From Erysipelotrichaceae bacterium (GTDB lineage: Bacteria > Bacillota_I > Bacilli_A > Erysipelotrichales > Erysipelotrichaceae), in NCBI GenBank assembly GCA_963663995.1, contig OY760660.1:1620001-1652000 (forward strand): DNA of 32,000 nucleotides. The letters run 5' to 3'. Made by a program: the position numbers and the translations under genes. Position 1 is the first letter of the stretch; every line of letters begins with the position of its first letter. This document shows, one piece after another, positions 20,458-28,833 of this stretch. The notes under the pieces were generated by a model, which had not been told where the DNA came from, ran no database searches, and worked only from the letters and a program-made list of their open reading frames with translations.

Positions 20458-20919
20458 CTATTTCAAAAATAAACTGCCAGATTTAACTAATATCACATTT
20501 CCGAGTTTATGTAATTTATCAATGGTCTTTTTAGTGTTATCAATTGAATCAGTAATTTCTAAATAAATCCAATTATGTTTCACACCTAAGAAGGTCGCAT
20601 TAATGTCATTGAATTCTTTTGTATATGAATCTACACTTGTTTGAATACGTACTAAAGTGTGTTGACGACCAAGTTGAATATCTTCAGTAACGTCAGCGAC
20701 TTCAATAATATCTATCAGTTTTTTAAGTAACTTAACCACGTAAGCAACCCGTTCTTGATCATAGAAGAGTTCGATGAAGATTTCTCTCACATTTGGATCT
20801 TCAGTTTCACAAGAAGTTAAGTTATGGACACTGATGTCTCTCGAAAAGAATAAAGCTGTAATACGATTAATCACACCAGCATGATCTTGACATCGTACAG
20901 ATATAACACGTTGTTCCAT
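20458..20919 (-). CDS. ilvN: Acetolactate synthase small (regulatory, ACT-domain) subunit
   Basis: 153 aa. The N-terminal ACT-like pattern VISVRCQDHAGVINRITALFFSRDISVHNLT lies directly after ilvB. Confidence 0.8.
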   Translation of the reverse strand: MEQRVISVRCQDHAGVINRITALFFSRDISVHNLTSCETEDPNVREIFIELFYDQERVAYVVKLLKKLIDIIEVADVTEDIQLGRQHTLVRIQTSVDSYTKEFNDINATFLGVKHNWIYLEITDSIDNTKKTIDKLHKLGNVILVKSGSLFLK

Positions 20920-20921
20920 GA

Positions 20922-22598
20922 TTACTCTCCTCTCACATTATCTAAGGTATCAAATGGGGCAACCATTGGATAAACGTTAGATGTACTATCGACATGTACT
21001 TCAATCAGAGCAGGACCTCTGATTGCTAAAATATCACTAAGTGTTTCAATATCGGCATCCTTTTGAATTGAATAGAAAGGAATGCGATAAGCTTCAGCTA
21101 ATTTATCCCATAAAGGTGAATACTCATATTGAGTTTGTGAGTAGTTTTCTTTATAGAAAATTTCTTGCCACTGACGAACCATACCTAAAGTATTGTTGTC
21201 ATAGATAATAACTTTAATATTTAATTTATGAATATCTAAGAGTGGTAATTCATTAAGGGTCATTTGGAATGAACCATCACCTGTAATTAAAATAATATTG
21301 TTTTCAGGTTTCCCAAAGGCTGCACCAATCGCAGCAGGTAAACCATAACCCATTGTTCCTAAACCACCGCTAGAAACAAACTGACGAGTTTTCTTAGGGT
21401 GAAGATGTAAAGCTGCAAACATTTGATGTTGACCAACATCGGTAACAATGGTTGTATTATCATCAATACATTCATTAATCTTACGGCTAATTTTAATTGG
21501 ATGAAGTTTTGACTTAGAATCAGAGTTTAATTCTTTTTCTTGAGCTTTAACTTCTTTTTTCCACTCAGCAAATTTTGTGTTTTTAATTTCATTTTTTCTA
21601 ATGGATAGTTTCTTTAAGAAATCTTCAGAATCAGAATTAATACATAAAGTAGATTTAACATTCTTATTGTGTTCTGATGCATCAATATCGATATGAATAA
21701 TGTCTTTAGCATTTGGTAAGAAACCATCTACTTTACAAGTGATACGATCATCAAAACGAGAACCAATATTTAAGAGTAAATCACAGTTTTGAGTAGCATA
21801 GTTAGCACTGAATGTACCGTGCATCCCAAGCATTCCTAAATAATTATCATGACCTGCCGGGAAAGCACCTTTACCATGAAGGGTAGAAGTCACTAAGTAA
21901 TCAGTCCCATCAACAAAATCAAATAGGTAATCAGCAGCATGCATAGGAATCGTTACACCATTACCGATTAAAATTAAAGGCTTTTTAGCTCTGTTTAATG
22001 CTTCGATAACTTGGCTAATTTCATCATGATCAGCAGTTGGTAAAACGAATTTATCTTGGATGTGTTTTTCGATTTCAATGTCTCTTAAAATATCATCTGA
22101 GACTTCTTGAGCAAATACGTCTTTTGTTAAGTCTATTAAGACAGGTCCTGGTCGTCCACCTTGCGCAATTAAGAAAGCTTCTTCAACCACTTGAGGAATT
22201 AAAGTTGCATCCTTAATTAAATAATTGTGTTTAGTCACAGGTTGACTTAACCCTACAGTGTTAATTTCTTGGAAAGCATCACGACCTAAAACAGATTGAT
22301 CGACTTGACCAGTAATCGCAATTAAAGGAACTGAGTCTAAGTGAGCATTACCTAAACCAGTAATTAAGTTTGCTGCCCCTGGTCCACTTGTTCCTATACA
22401 CACACCTACTTTGCCAGTAACACGAGCATAGGCGTCAGCCGCATGTGCTGCCCCTTGTTCGTGACGTGTAAGGATATGGTGAATTGGGCTTTCTTCAATT
22501 TCATCATAGAGCTTTATGACTGCTCCACCTGGAATCCCAAAGATTGTATCAACACCTTTTCGTTCCAAACATTCTAGTAATAATCTTGCACCATTCAT
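20922..22598 (-). CDS. ilvB: Acetolactate synthase large (catalytic, ThDP-dependent) subunit
   Basis: MNGARLLLECLERKGVDTIFGIPGGAV N-terminus and the ThDP motif GDGSFQMTLNEL; 558 aa. Confidence 0.9.
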   Translation of the reverse strand: MNGARLLLECLERKGVDTIFGIPGGAVIKLYDEIEESPIHHILTRHEQGAAHAADAYARVTGKVGVCIGTSGPGAANLITGLGNAHLDSVPLIAITGQVDQSVLGRDAFQEINTVGLSQPVTKHNYLIKDATLIPQVVEEAFLIAQGGRPGPVLIDLTKDVFAQEVSDDILRDIEIEKHIQDKFVLPTADHDEISQVIEALNRAKKPLILIGNGVTIPMHAADYLFDFVDGTDYLVTSTLHGKGAFPAGHDNYLGMLGMHGTFSANYATQNCDLLLNIGSRFDDRITCKVDGFLPNAKDIIHIDIDASEHNKNVKSTLCINSDSEDFLKKLSIRKNEIKNTKFAEWKKEVKAQEKELNSDSKSKLHPIKISRKINECIDDNTTIVTDVGQHQMFAALHLHPKKTRQFVSSGGLGTMGYGLPAAIGAAFGKPENNIILITGDGSFQMTLNELPLLDIHKLNIKVIIYDNNTLGMVRQWQEIFYKENYSQTQYEYSPLWDKLAEAYRIPFYSIQKDADIETLSDILAIRGPALIEVHVDSTSNVYPMVAPFDTLDNVRGE

Positions 22599-22811
22599 TT
22601 TTTCATACCTATCCTTAATCTATATAATATTAACAATGAGTATATCATAAATCATCATTCTCAGTGTAATTTTTTTTCATATCGTTTACATATTGTTTCA
22701 TTTGTTTCAGATATAATTTAAACTTTTTTGATGCTCTCTTATATATATAGATAAATAGACTAAGTGGATGACATACTGAATACTTTCAACAGAGATCAAC
22801 TAAAGTTCATG

Positions 22812-22845
22812 AAAATAAAAAAACTTCTAAAAATTTTAGAAGTTT
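22812..22845 (-). terminator. Rho-independent terminator after the degV-family gene
   Basis: AAACTTCTAAAA (22821-22832) pairs with TTTTAGAAGTTT (22834-22845). The A-run on the plus strand becomes a T-run on the minus strand. Confidence 0.7.
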
Positions 22846-22853
22846 ATCATTAA

Positions 22854-23675
22854 TTAATTTTCATCCTTAATAATGAATTGAATTGCTACACAACCAGGAC
22901 CACCTTGTGTAATCATCACTGGACTCAACAACAATGTTTGAATATCAATGCCATCGATCTTCTCTTTAATGGCTTCAACAAACTGTGAAGCAACAGAAGG
23001 GTTATCAGCATGTGAGATATAGACTTTGAACTTTTCGCTCACATTGTTTTTCTTCATATCCTCAATGATTGAGTCAATGGCTTGTTTCCATGAACGAGCA
23101 ACACCAAATTTCTCTAGTTTTTCCATTCCTGGCTTGTGATAAACAATAGGTTTAATTTTGAGTAATCCACTCATTAGGGCTGCTATGGTTGAAAGTCTGC
23201 CATTTCTTTTTAAGAAATCAAAATCTACAGGAATTAAATAAGATTTACAATCTTCTAGTACTTTATCAAGTCTAGCTCTTAATTCACTATGATCTAATTT
23301 ATCGGATAGTCGTGCGGCAAGTTCAACCACATATTGTTGAGTACCTGCCAAAGTCTTCGAATTAAAGATGGTCATATTTGGATAATCAGTTTGTAATCCT
23401 GCAGCACTGACATATGTACTACTTAATCCTGATGTCATCGCAATGTAGAAACCATCTTTATTTTTATCAAAGGTTTCCATCACATCGCCAATGGCTGGTT
23501 GACTTGATTGTGGTATACCACCCGCAATTTCTTCAATATATTTCTTTGTATCTATTTCAAAGTAATCTCGATAGTTCTTTCCATTTATCTCTACTTGTAA
23601 TGGAATAAGATCAACATTTAATTCTTCTGCTCTTTCACGTGAAAGCATTGAACCTGTGTCAGTAATTATTTTCAT
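22854..23675 (-). CDS. DegV-family fatty-acid-binding protein
   Basis: MKIITDTGSMLS N-terminus and overall DegV/EDD-fold pattern. ATG 23675 has GAGG 6 nt upstream; the track's GTG at 23693 is less likely. Confidence 0.9.
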   Translation of the reverse strand: MKIITDTGSMLSRERAEELNVDLIPLQVEINGKNYRDYFEIDTKKYIEEIAGGIPQSSQPAIGDVMETFDKNKDGFYIAMTSGLSSTYVSAAGLQTDYPNMTIFNSKTLAGTQQYVVELAARLSDKLDHSELRARLDKVLEDCKSYLIPVDFDFLKRNGRLSTIAALMSGLLKIKPIVYHKPGMEKLEKFGVARSWKQAIDSIIEDMKKNNVSEKFKVYISHADNPSVASQFVEAIKEKIDGIDIQTLLLSPVMITQGGPGCVAIQFIIKDEN

Positions 23676-23987
23676 ATTTAACCTCGCGTACACTTATTAT
23701 ATACAAATATGCCATTAATTTGTGAATAATTCCTTATTTAAAGATAGTGGCGTATATTTAACTTTCGTAAATGCATTTTAAAAAAAATTGGTAGTCAAAA
23801 CTAAAATTATTACTATGATATAATAATAAAGATTAATTTACTAAAAGTAGTATCCATCAGCGTCTTTGTAAGACTGATTATATTAAAATATATTGTCAAT
23901 GATTATTAATGAAATAATCTCGTGTCTATGTTTACTATATTTAGTTATTGGTTTTGATAAACACACAAAAAATAGATAGGTTAAACG

Positions 23988-24416
23988 ATGAAAAATAAAA
24001 GTGGAATGACATTAGTTGAAATGGTAATCGCAATTGGATTATTAGGTATAATATCAGTCTCAATTTTTCCGTCATTAGTGGTTTTGTCTAAAATGAACTA
24101 TGTATCAAAGGAAAACTTAAGCTCTAATTACATTGCGCAAGATGTAAGTGAAAGATTATATAACTATAGTCAAACAATAGCTGAAGATGATCTAGTGAAT
24201 ACTTTAATAAATAATCAAGGATATTCGTTATCAAGCAATACTGGAAATAGTTATTTTTTGTCTAAGGATGAAGAAGATTTTAAGATTGATTTAGAAATAA
24301 ACTTAAGTGATGCATCAACTCATTTTGTAAAAGTCAATGTGTCTGTATCCTCACTAAATGAAGCGATTGATAATAAGAGCAGTCAAATAGAATCGATATT
24401 GCGTTTTGGTAATTAA
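23988..24416 (+). CDS. Prepilin-type minor pilin (class III signal peptide)
   Basis: MKNKSG/MTLVEMVIAIGLLGIISVSIF: a short basic leader, Gly at -1, Glu at +5 and a ~20-aa hydrophobic helix. It is first in a three-gene cluster with 2-nt and 10-nt gaps. Confidence 0.8.
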   Translation: MKNKSGMTLVEMVIAIGLLGIISVSIFPSLVVLSKMNYVSKENLSSNYIAQDVSERLYNYSQTIAEDDLVNTLINNQGYSLSSNTGNSYFLSKDEEDFKIDLEINLSDASTHFVKVNVSVSSLNEAIDNKSSQIESILRFGN

Positions 24417-24418
24417 AT

Positions 24419-24832
24419 ATGAAAATGGATCGAAAAGGTTTTACCTTAATTGAGTTAGTGATTGTGATCGCAATTGTTGGAATTGTTTCTTTGGGAATTG
24501 TTAACATTGTTTCTTATTCAATGAATATTGTTTCAAAAGAAACCGTAAATATTGATCAGCAGACAGATGTACGTATTGTGCTTGTCAATTTTGAAAAAGA
24601 TTTAAGAAGGTCTAATCAAGAAGTCACTAAAGTAGATGATTGTGTCTATGTAAATAGCATAAGTTATTGTTTGGATAACCACTCACTTACAAGAGATGAT
24701 ATCGTATTAGCAAATAATATTGAAGTCTTTGAAGTTTCAGTTTCTACAACTTTTATTGATATCAATGTAGTATCTATTGCTGATAAGGAGGGGAACACAT
24801 CAGCTGCAGATACACGAATATATTTAAGATAG
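24419..24832 (+). CDS. Prepilin-type minor pilin (PilW/GspJ/ComGF-like)
   Basis: MKMDRKG/FTLIELVIVIAIVGIVSLGIV is the canonical G/FTLIE cleavage-methylation motif, followed by FEKDLRRS. An alternative ATG at 24425 gives a 5-aa leader. Confidence 0.85.
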   Translation: MKMDRKGFTLIELVIVIAIVGIVSLGIVNIVSYSMNIVSKETVNIDQQTDVRIVLVNFEKDLRRSNQEVTKVDDCVYVNSISYCLDNHSLTRDDIVLANNIEVFEVSVSTTFIDINVVSIADKEGNTSAADTRIYLR

Positions 24833-24842
24833 GATAAAGCGT

Positions 24843-26453
24843 ATGAAAACATTAAAAAATAAACAGGGAATGGCACTTTTAACTGTCATGATTATCCTAT
24901 TAGTCATGGTAACCTTATTGGGTGCGTTGCTTATTTCATCAAAAAATAATTTGGACAGATCTATAGATACACAAGAACATACAACGACTTATTATGCATC
25001 TGAAGCAGGTATGACGATGGTCGCTAGTGAATTTGAAGAGAAATTAATTGCTTTGAGTGAACAAAGTCCTTCGCTTAGTGCCAGTGCATTTATGACCGCT
25101 TTAAATTCATATGTAAGTAGTCAAGGCAATCAAGATATTGAATTACAAGAGAATAATGGTGATATTCCAAAAGCGAGTGTAAGCATTGTCTATACAGGGG
25201 TAGAAGATGGATATGAAAGCTTTGAAATCACATCAGTTGGACATTATGGTGGATATGACAGAATTTTAGTGACTCAATATAAATTTGAGTATATTGAAGG
25301 CGAATCATCAACTGCTTTTCAGGTTGATAAAGCTGTAATGGTTAAAGAGAATATTGAATTGTCTGGAAGTGCTGAAGTTACAGGTGCACCAGTGTCTACA
25401 TACCAAACGACAAAAAACACAATTGATCTTCAATGGTCAACAAAAGTTCCTGCAATTGAATTGGATCCTAGTTTATTTAATAGCAATGATGAACTTATAA
25501 AAACTGATATTTTCAATGATTTGAAAAATATCAATAACAAAATAACTGAAGGTGGATTGGATGCAGTTAAACCATTAGCTAATATTTTTGAATTTCCGCC
25601 AATAGTAATGCCTACTTATCCAGATAAATCAACACTCGCAAAACTTCCTGCTTATTCAATAAAACTACCATGGGGAAGTGATTATTTTCAGTTAGTTTAT
25701 AACGATGGACGATTCATCCAAAATAGTTGGAATATAGATGGATCAGTTTATCGAATACCAGATGCAGCTTCGTGGTATTATGTCCCAGAATTTATTATAA
25801 GTGCAGGGAATGACTTTAGCATTGATGTAGGGAATACAGACAAATTCTTAGTTGTTGATAAGCTACAACTTAATGGACAAGTTAGCATTATTGGTGAAGG
25901 TACACTAACAATATTTGTAACCGGTAATACAGAAAAAACAGCAAGCAAATCTGATCAAAGTCGAGTAGAGCTTAACTATACAAGTTCTAATCATGTTGGA
26001 GCGATAGATCATCCTGAGAAGTTTATTGTTTATGTTAATGAAATGTATTATAAATCAGGTAATAAAACATATCCAATAAATATCTCAATTGGTGGATCAG
26101 CTAAATATTATATGTCATTAATGGGTGCGAATTTTAACTATGAGACTGGTGGAAGCGGATCTCTATATGGCTATGTTGTGACCGGTGGTGAAAGTGTAAA
26201 AATTAATGGTGCTGGAACGGTTGATACTACTTTATTTTATGTCCCTAATGCTGAATTTGAGATTGCTGGATCAGGATATATAAATGGGGCAGTTATAGCG
26301 AAAAGTTTTAATGGCACAGGAGCAAGTCGAGTTAATTTTAGTGCTGAAGCTTTTGATAATTTCCCATTTGAAGTGTTAGATCCAATTACAGGTGGTAGTA
26401 CTAGTTCAACACCTTCATTAACAATCATCAAAGGCTCAACTATTGAACAATAG
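24843..26453 (+). CDS. Large PilX/GspK-like modular minor pilin (536 aa, no Glu5)
   Basis: MKTLKNKQG/MALLTVMIILLVMVTLLGALLISS followed by ...YYASEAGMTMV (PilX_N-like). The C-terminal Gly/Ser/Asn-rich strand repeats end in LFYVPNAEFEIAGSGYINGAVIAKSFNGTGASRVNF. AGGA lies 8 nt upstream. Confidence 0.75.
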   Translation: MKTLKNKQGMALLTVMIILLVMVTLLGALLISSKNNLDRSIDTQEHTTTYYASEAGMTMVASEFEEKLIALSEQSPSLSASAFMTALNSYVSSQGNQDIELQENNGDIPKASVSIVYTGVEDGYESFEITSVGHYGGYDRILVTQYKFEYIEGESSTAFQVDKAVMVKENIELSGSAEVTGAPVSTYQTTKNTIDLQWSTKVPAIELDPSLFNSNDELIKTDIFNDLKNINNKITEGGLDAVKPLANIFEFPPIVMPTYPDKSTLAKLPAYSIKLPWGSDYFQLVYNDGRFIQNSWNIDGSVYRIPDAASWYYVPEFIISAGNDFSIDVGNTDKFLVVDKLQLNGQVSIIGEGTLTIFVTGNTEKTASKSDQSRVELNYTSSNHVGAIDHPEKFIVYVNEMYYKSGNKTYPINISIGGSAKYYMSLMGANFNYETGGSGSLYGYVVTGGESVKINGAGTVDTTLFYVPNAEFEIAGSGYINGAVIAKSFNGTGASRVNFSAEAFDNFPFEVLDPITGGSTSSTPSLTIIKGSTIEQ

Positions 26454-26575
26454 TTTGTTTTGAATTATTAATAATTTTCCTTAACATAAGAATTGATTAT
26501 TAATAAACGAATTCACTTAATAAAATAAAGATTATATTAAATGAACTTAATCGATAATAAGCGTATATTAAAGTT

Positions 26576-27160
26576 ATGGAAAACATTAAAGTAACAGCCC
26601 TAATAAACCATTACCCACAATGGTCAGAAGAATTTAAAGTACTAAGATCTTATATCAATACATTTGAATTAAATGAAGAAGTTAAATGGATGCAACCATG
26701 TTTTACAAAAAACAAGAAAAACATCGTTCTATTACATGGCTTTAAAGATTACTGTGCCATTCTATTCTTTAAAGGTGCACTCATTAACGACACACATAAT
26801 AAGCTCATTCAACAAACAGAAAACGTCCAAGCAGGACGTCAGTTAAGATTTAAAACGATGCAAGAAATCTTAGACCAAAAAGAAGTAATTCTCGATTATG
26901 TTAAACAAGAAATCGAAATAGAAGATAAAGGTCTAGAAGTCGAAAAAGTTGAACGTAAACCAATCGAAATACCTGTTGAATTAAAGGAAGTCCTAGACAA
27001 AGATAACTCATATAATGAAGCATTCAATAAACTAACACCAGGTCGTCAAAGAGCATGGATATTGCACATAGCAGATGCGAAACAATCAGCTACTAAGTAT
27101 GCTCGTATAGAGAAAATGAGAGACAAAGTCTATAATGGTAAAGGACCATTGGAGAGATAA
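26576..27160 (+). CDS. YdeI/DUF1801-family protein (YdhG-like N-domain + YdeI/OmpD-associated C-domain)
   Basis: EVKWMQPCFTKNKKNIVLLHGFKDYCAILFFKG (DUF1801 pattern) and PVELKEVLDKDNSYNEAFNKLTPGRQRAWILHIADAKQSATKYARIEKMRDKV (YdeI C-terminal pattern). Confidence 0.75.
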   Translation: MENIKVTALINHYPQWSEEFKVLRSYINTFELNEEVKWMQPCFTKNKKNIVLLHGFKDYCAILFFKGALINDTHNKLIQQTENVQAGRQLRFKTMQEILDQKEVILDYVKQEIEIEDKGLEVEKVERKPIEIPVELKEVLDKDNSYNEAFNKLTPGRQRAWILHIADAKQSATKYARIEKMRDKVYNGKGPLER

Positions 27161-27184
27161 TCACAAAACAAAAAGATGACAAAT

Positions 27185-27220
27185 AAAAACCCACATTCTT
27201 TGAAAGGAATGTGGGTTTTT
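27185..27220 (+). terminator. Rho-independent terminator after the ydeI-like gene
   Basis: CCCACATTC (27190-27198) pairs with GAATGTGGG (27207-27215), flanked by AAAAA and TTTTT, so it is potentially bidirectional. Confidence 0.8.
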
Positions 27221-27232
27221 GAAGCGCTTTAA

Positions 27233-27324
27233 AATATCGTGTGGGCGATTTTAGGGGGGTATTCAAATATCGTGTGGGAACTCTATAAGATATTGTGTGG
27301 GTGGGCTTTAAGGTTTGGTGTGGG
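27233..27324. repeat. Four direct copies of a (A)ATAT(C/T)GTGTGGG-type motif at the left end of the IS
   Basis: AATATCGTGTGGG occurs at 27233-27245 and again at 27266-27278 (identical). GATATTGTGTGGG is at 27289-27301 and the degenerate GGTTTGGTGTGGG at 27312-27324. Copy ends are spaced 33, 23 and 23 nt apart. Confidence 0.6.
27283..27302. repeat. Left terminal inverted repeat of the ISL3-family element
   Basis: CTATAAGATATTGTGTGGGT is the perfect reverse complement of 28738-28757. Confidence 0.7.
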
Positions 27325-27390
27325 AAAATAAAAAACCTTCGTGTTAATTTAGAGTTACGAGCTTTAAAAATAACACGAAGAAGGAATCTA

Positions 27391-28714
27391 ATGATCACAC
27401 AGCCCGATTTTATCACAGCCATGTTTAATGTAGAACTAGATGAAATAGAAACTCTAGATCGTTTAAACTGGACAATACTTTTCATTATCATATTCGACTC
27501 AAACTCACAAAACACACCTGTCAAGTGTGTGGTGCGAATGCCATATCTCATGGAACCAAAGAAAGACTTATTCATCATCCCAATATTATTGGTTTTGATG
27601 GTGTTATTCATTATCACGCTAGGCGTTATATTTGTAAGGATTGTCATCAAACATTTTTCGAAACCAATCCTTTTTCTTATCCAGGTTTTAATAATAGTTA
27701 CGCACTAATGAATCGAGTGATGCAATAGCTCGGAACACTCGATCTTAGTTATAAACGAATCGCGGAAGATAATCGTATTTCTGTAACGACTGTCCAATTA
27801 TATTTAGATAGTCATGTCGCAATCCCACGAACTTCTTTACCAGAGAATCTAGGGATTGATGAATTGCACTCGAAGATGGTTTATCGTGATTCTGCCTATT
27901 TATGTGCGCTTATCGACAATGAGAATAGATATCCTGTTGATATCTTAAATTCTCGTTCTAAAGCTCAATTAAATCGTCATTTCAGCCAGTATTCAAAGGC
28001 TGAAAGAGATAGAGTGAAATATGTGACCATTGATATTTGGGAACCCTATAAAGATGTCGCATTACGTCAAATTAAGAATTGTAGAGTAGCGGTTGATCCT
28101 TTTCATGTGGTCAAGAATCTATCTTTTGCCTTTACTAAAATACGAATCAATATTATGAATCAACACGCTCCTGGTTCAAGTGCGTACTACCTTCTTAAGA
28201 AGTGGCACAAATTACTCGATTTAAAAGAAGTGAACCTAGATAATCTACCTCAATATAATCCTTTGATCATAAATTAACCAAAAGACAAATTCAAGAAATG
28301 ATATTTAGTATCTCTGATAAACTCTTAGATGCTTATAATCTTAAAACAGCTTATCAATTCTTTAATGACACAGCTTCTTATGAAAATGCAGGTCCTTGGT
28401 TAGAGAGTCTTATTTATAAATTTCAAAATTCTGGGATTGTTGAATATGATGAATTTACTCGTATGTTAATTAATTGGAAACCTGAAATTATCAATTCTTT
28501 TCAACGTCCTCATAACGATCGTAAACAATCAAATGCTTTAGCTGAAAATATAAATAGTCACCTAAGAGCTTATATCTCTTTAGTTCGTGGTTCTCAAAAT
28601 TTTACTCGCTTTAGAAAAAGAGTTCTTTATGCGTTAAACTCAAAAATTCACTACGCTATCTCAAATCGAATTACCTCTGATAAACAAAATAAAAACCCAA
28701 AGAAAAAAGAGTAG
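27391..28714 (+). pseudogene. ISL3-family transposase, disrupted
   Basis: AAGGA RBS plus ATG 27391 (MITQPDFITAMFNVELDEIETLDR). The frame switches near 27460-27470 into ...KLDNTFHYHIRLKLTKHTCQVCGANAISHG...RRYICKDCHQTFFE (zf-ISL3). An in-frame TAG lies at 27726-27728. The frame then continues as LGIDELHSK...VTIDIWEPYKD...VAVDPFHVVKNL (DDE_Tnp_ISL3). A second frameshift near 28256-28262 leads into FDHKLTKRQIQEM...NALAENINSHLRAYISLVRGSQNFTRFRKRVLYALN. Confidence 0.8.
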
Positions 28715-28737
28715 AAATTTCAATTTTTCTACTCTTT

Positions 28738-28757
28738 ACCCACACAATATCTTATAG
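28738..28757. repeat. Right terminal inverted repeat of the ISL3-family element
   Basis: ACCCACACAATATCTTATAG, 23 nt after the transposase stop, is the perfect complement of 27283-27302. Confidence 0.7.
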
Positions 28758-28833
28758 CGTGTTTTTTTAAAACCACACGTTATTTTATATTGCTCTTATT
28801 TTGATAAGAAATCCTTTTAAACAAAAAGACTTA

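Larger units (their letters stand above)
27283..28757 (+). mobile_element. Decayed ISL3-family insertion sequence (about 1.48 kb)
   Basis: Perfect 20-bp terminal inverted repeats bracket a single ISL3-type transposase reading frame that carries three inactivating lesions. No flanking direct repeat was found. Extra GTGTGG motif copies outside the IRs (27233-27278, 28771-28786) leave the outer limits uncertain; the maximal extent is about 27231-28786. Confidence 0.7.

Noticed and set aside
23694-23987. A c-di-GMP or other riboswitch upstream of the minor-pilin operon; also checked 29179-29337 upstream of the major pilin.
   Set aside because: Both regions are extremely AT-rich. The only structure is a weak imperfect hairpin (about 23865-23890). 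None of the conserved G/C-rich cores of GEMM-I/II or other riboswitch classes is visible. This cannot be excluded without a covariance-model scan.
26462-26475. A perfect 14-bp palindrome AATTATTAATAATT after the large minor pilin gene, as a possible terminator or operator.
   Set aside because: It is pure A/T with no stable stem and no T-tract logic, so it is probably compositional. A near-repeat GATTATTAATAA 40 nt downstream is equally low complexity.
27185-27220. The idea that the hairpin after the ydeI-like gene (…CCCACATTC…GAATGTGGG…) is part of the IS end, because it contains a TGTGGG motif.
   Set aside because: It has the full architecture of an intrinsic terminator (9-bp G/C-containing stem, flanking A and T runs) positioned 25 nt after a stop codon. 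The resemblance to the IS repeats is limited to 6 nt.
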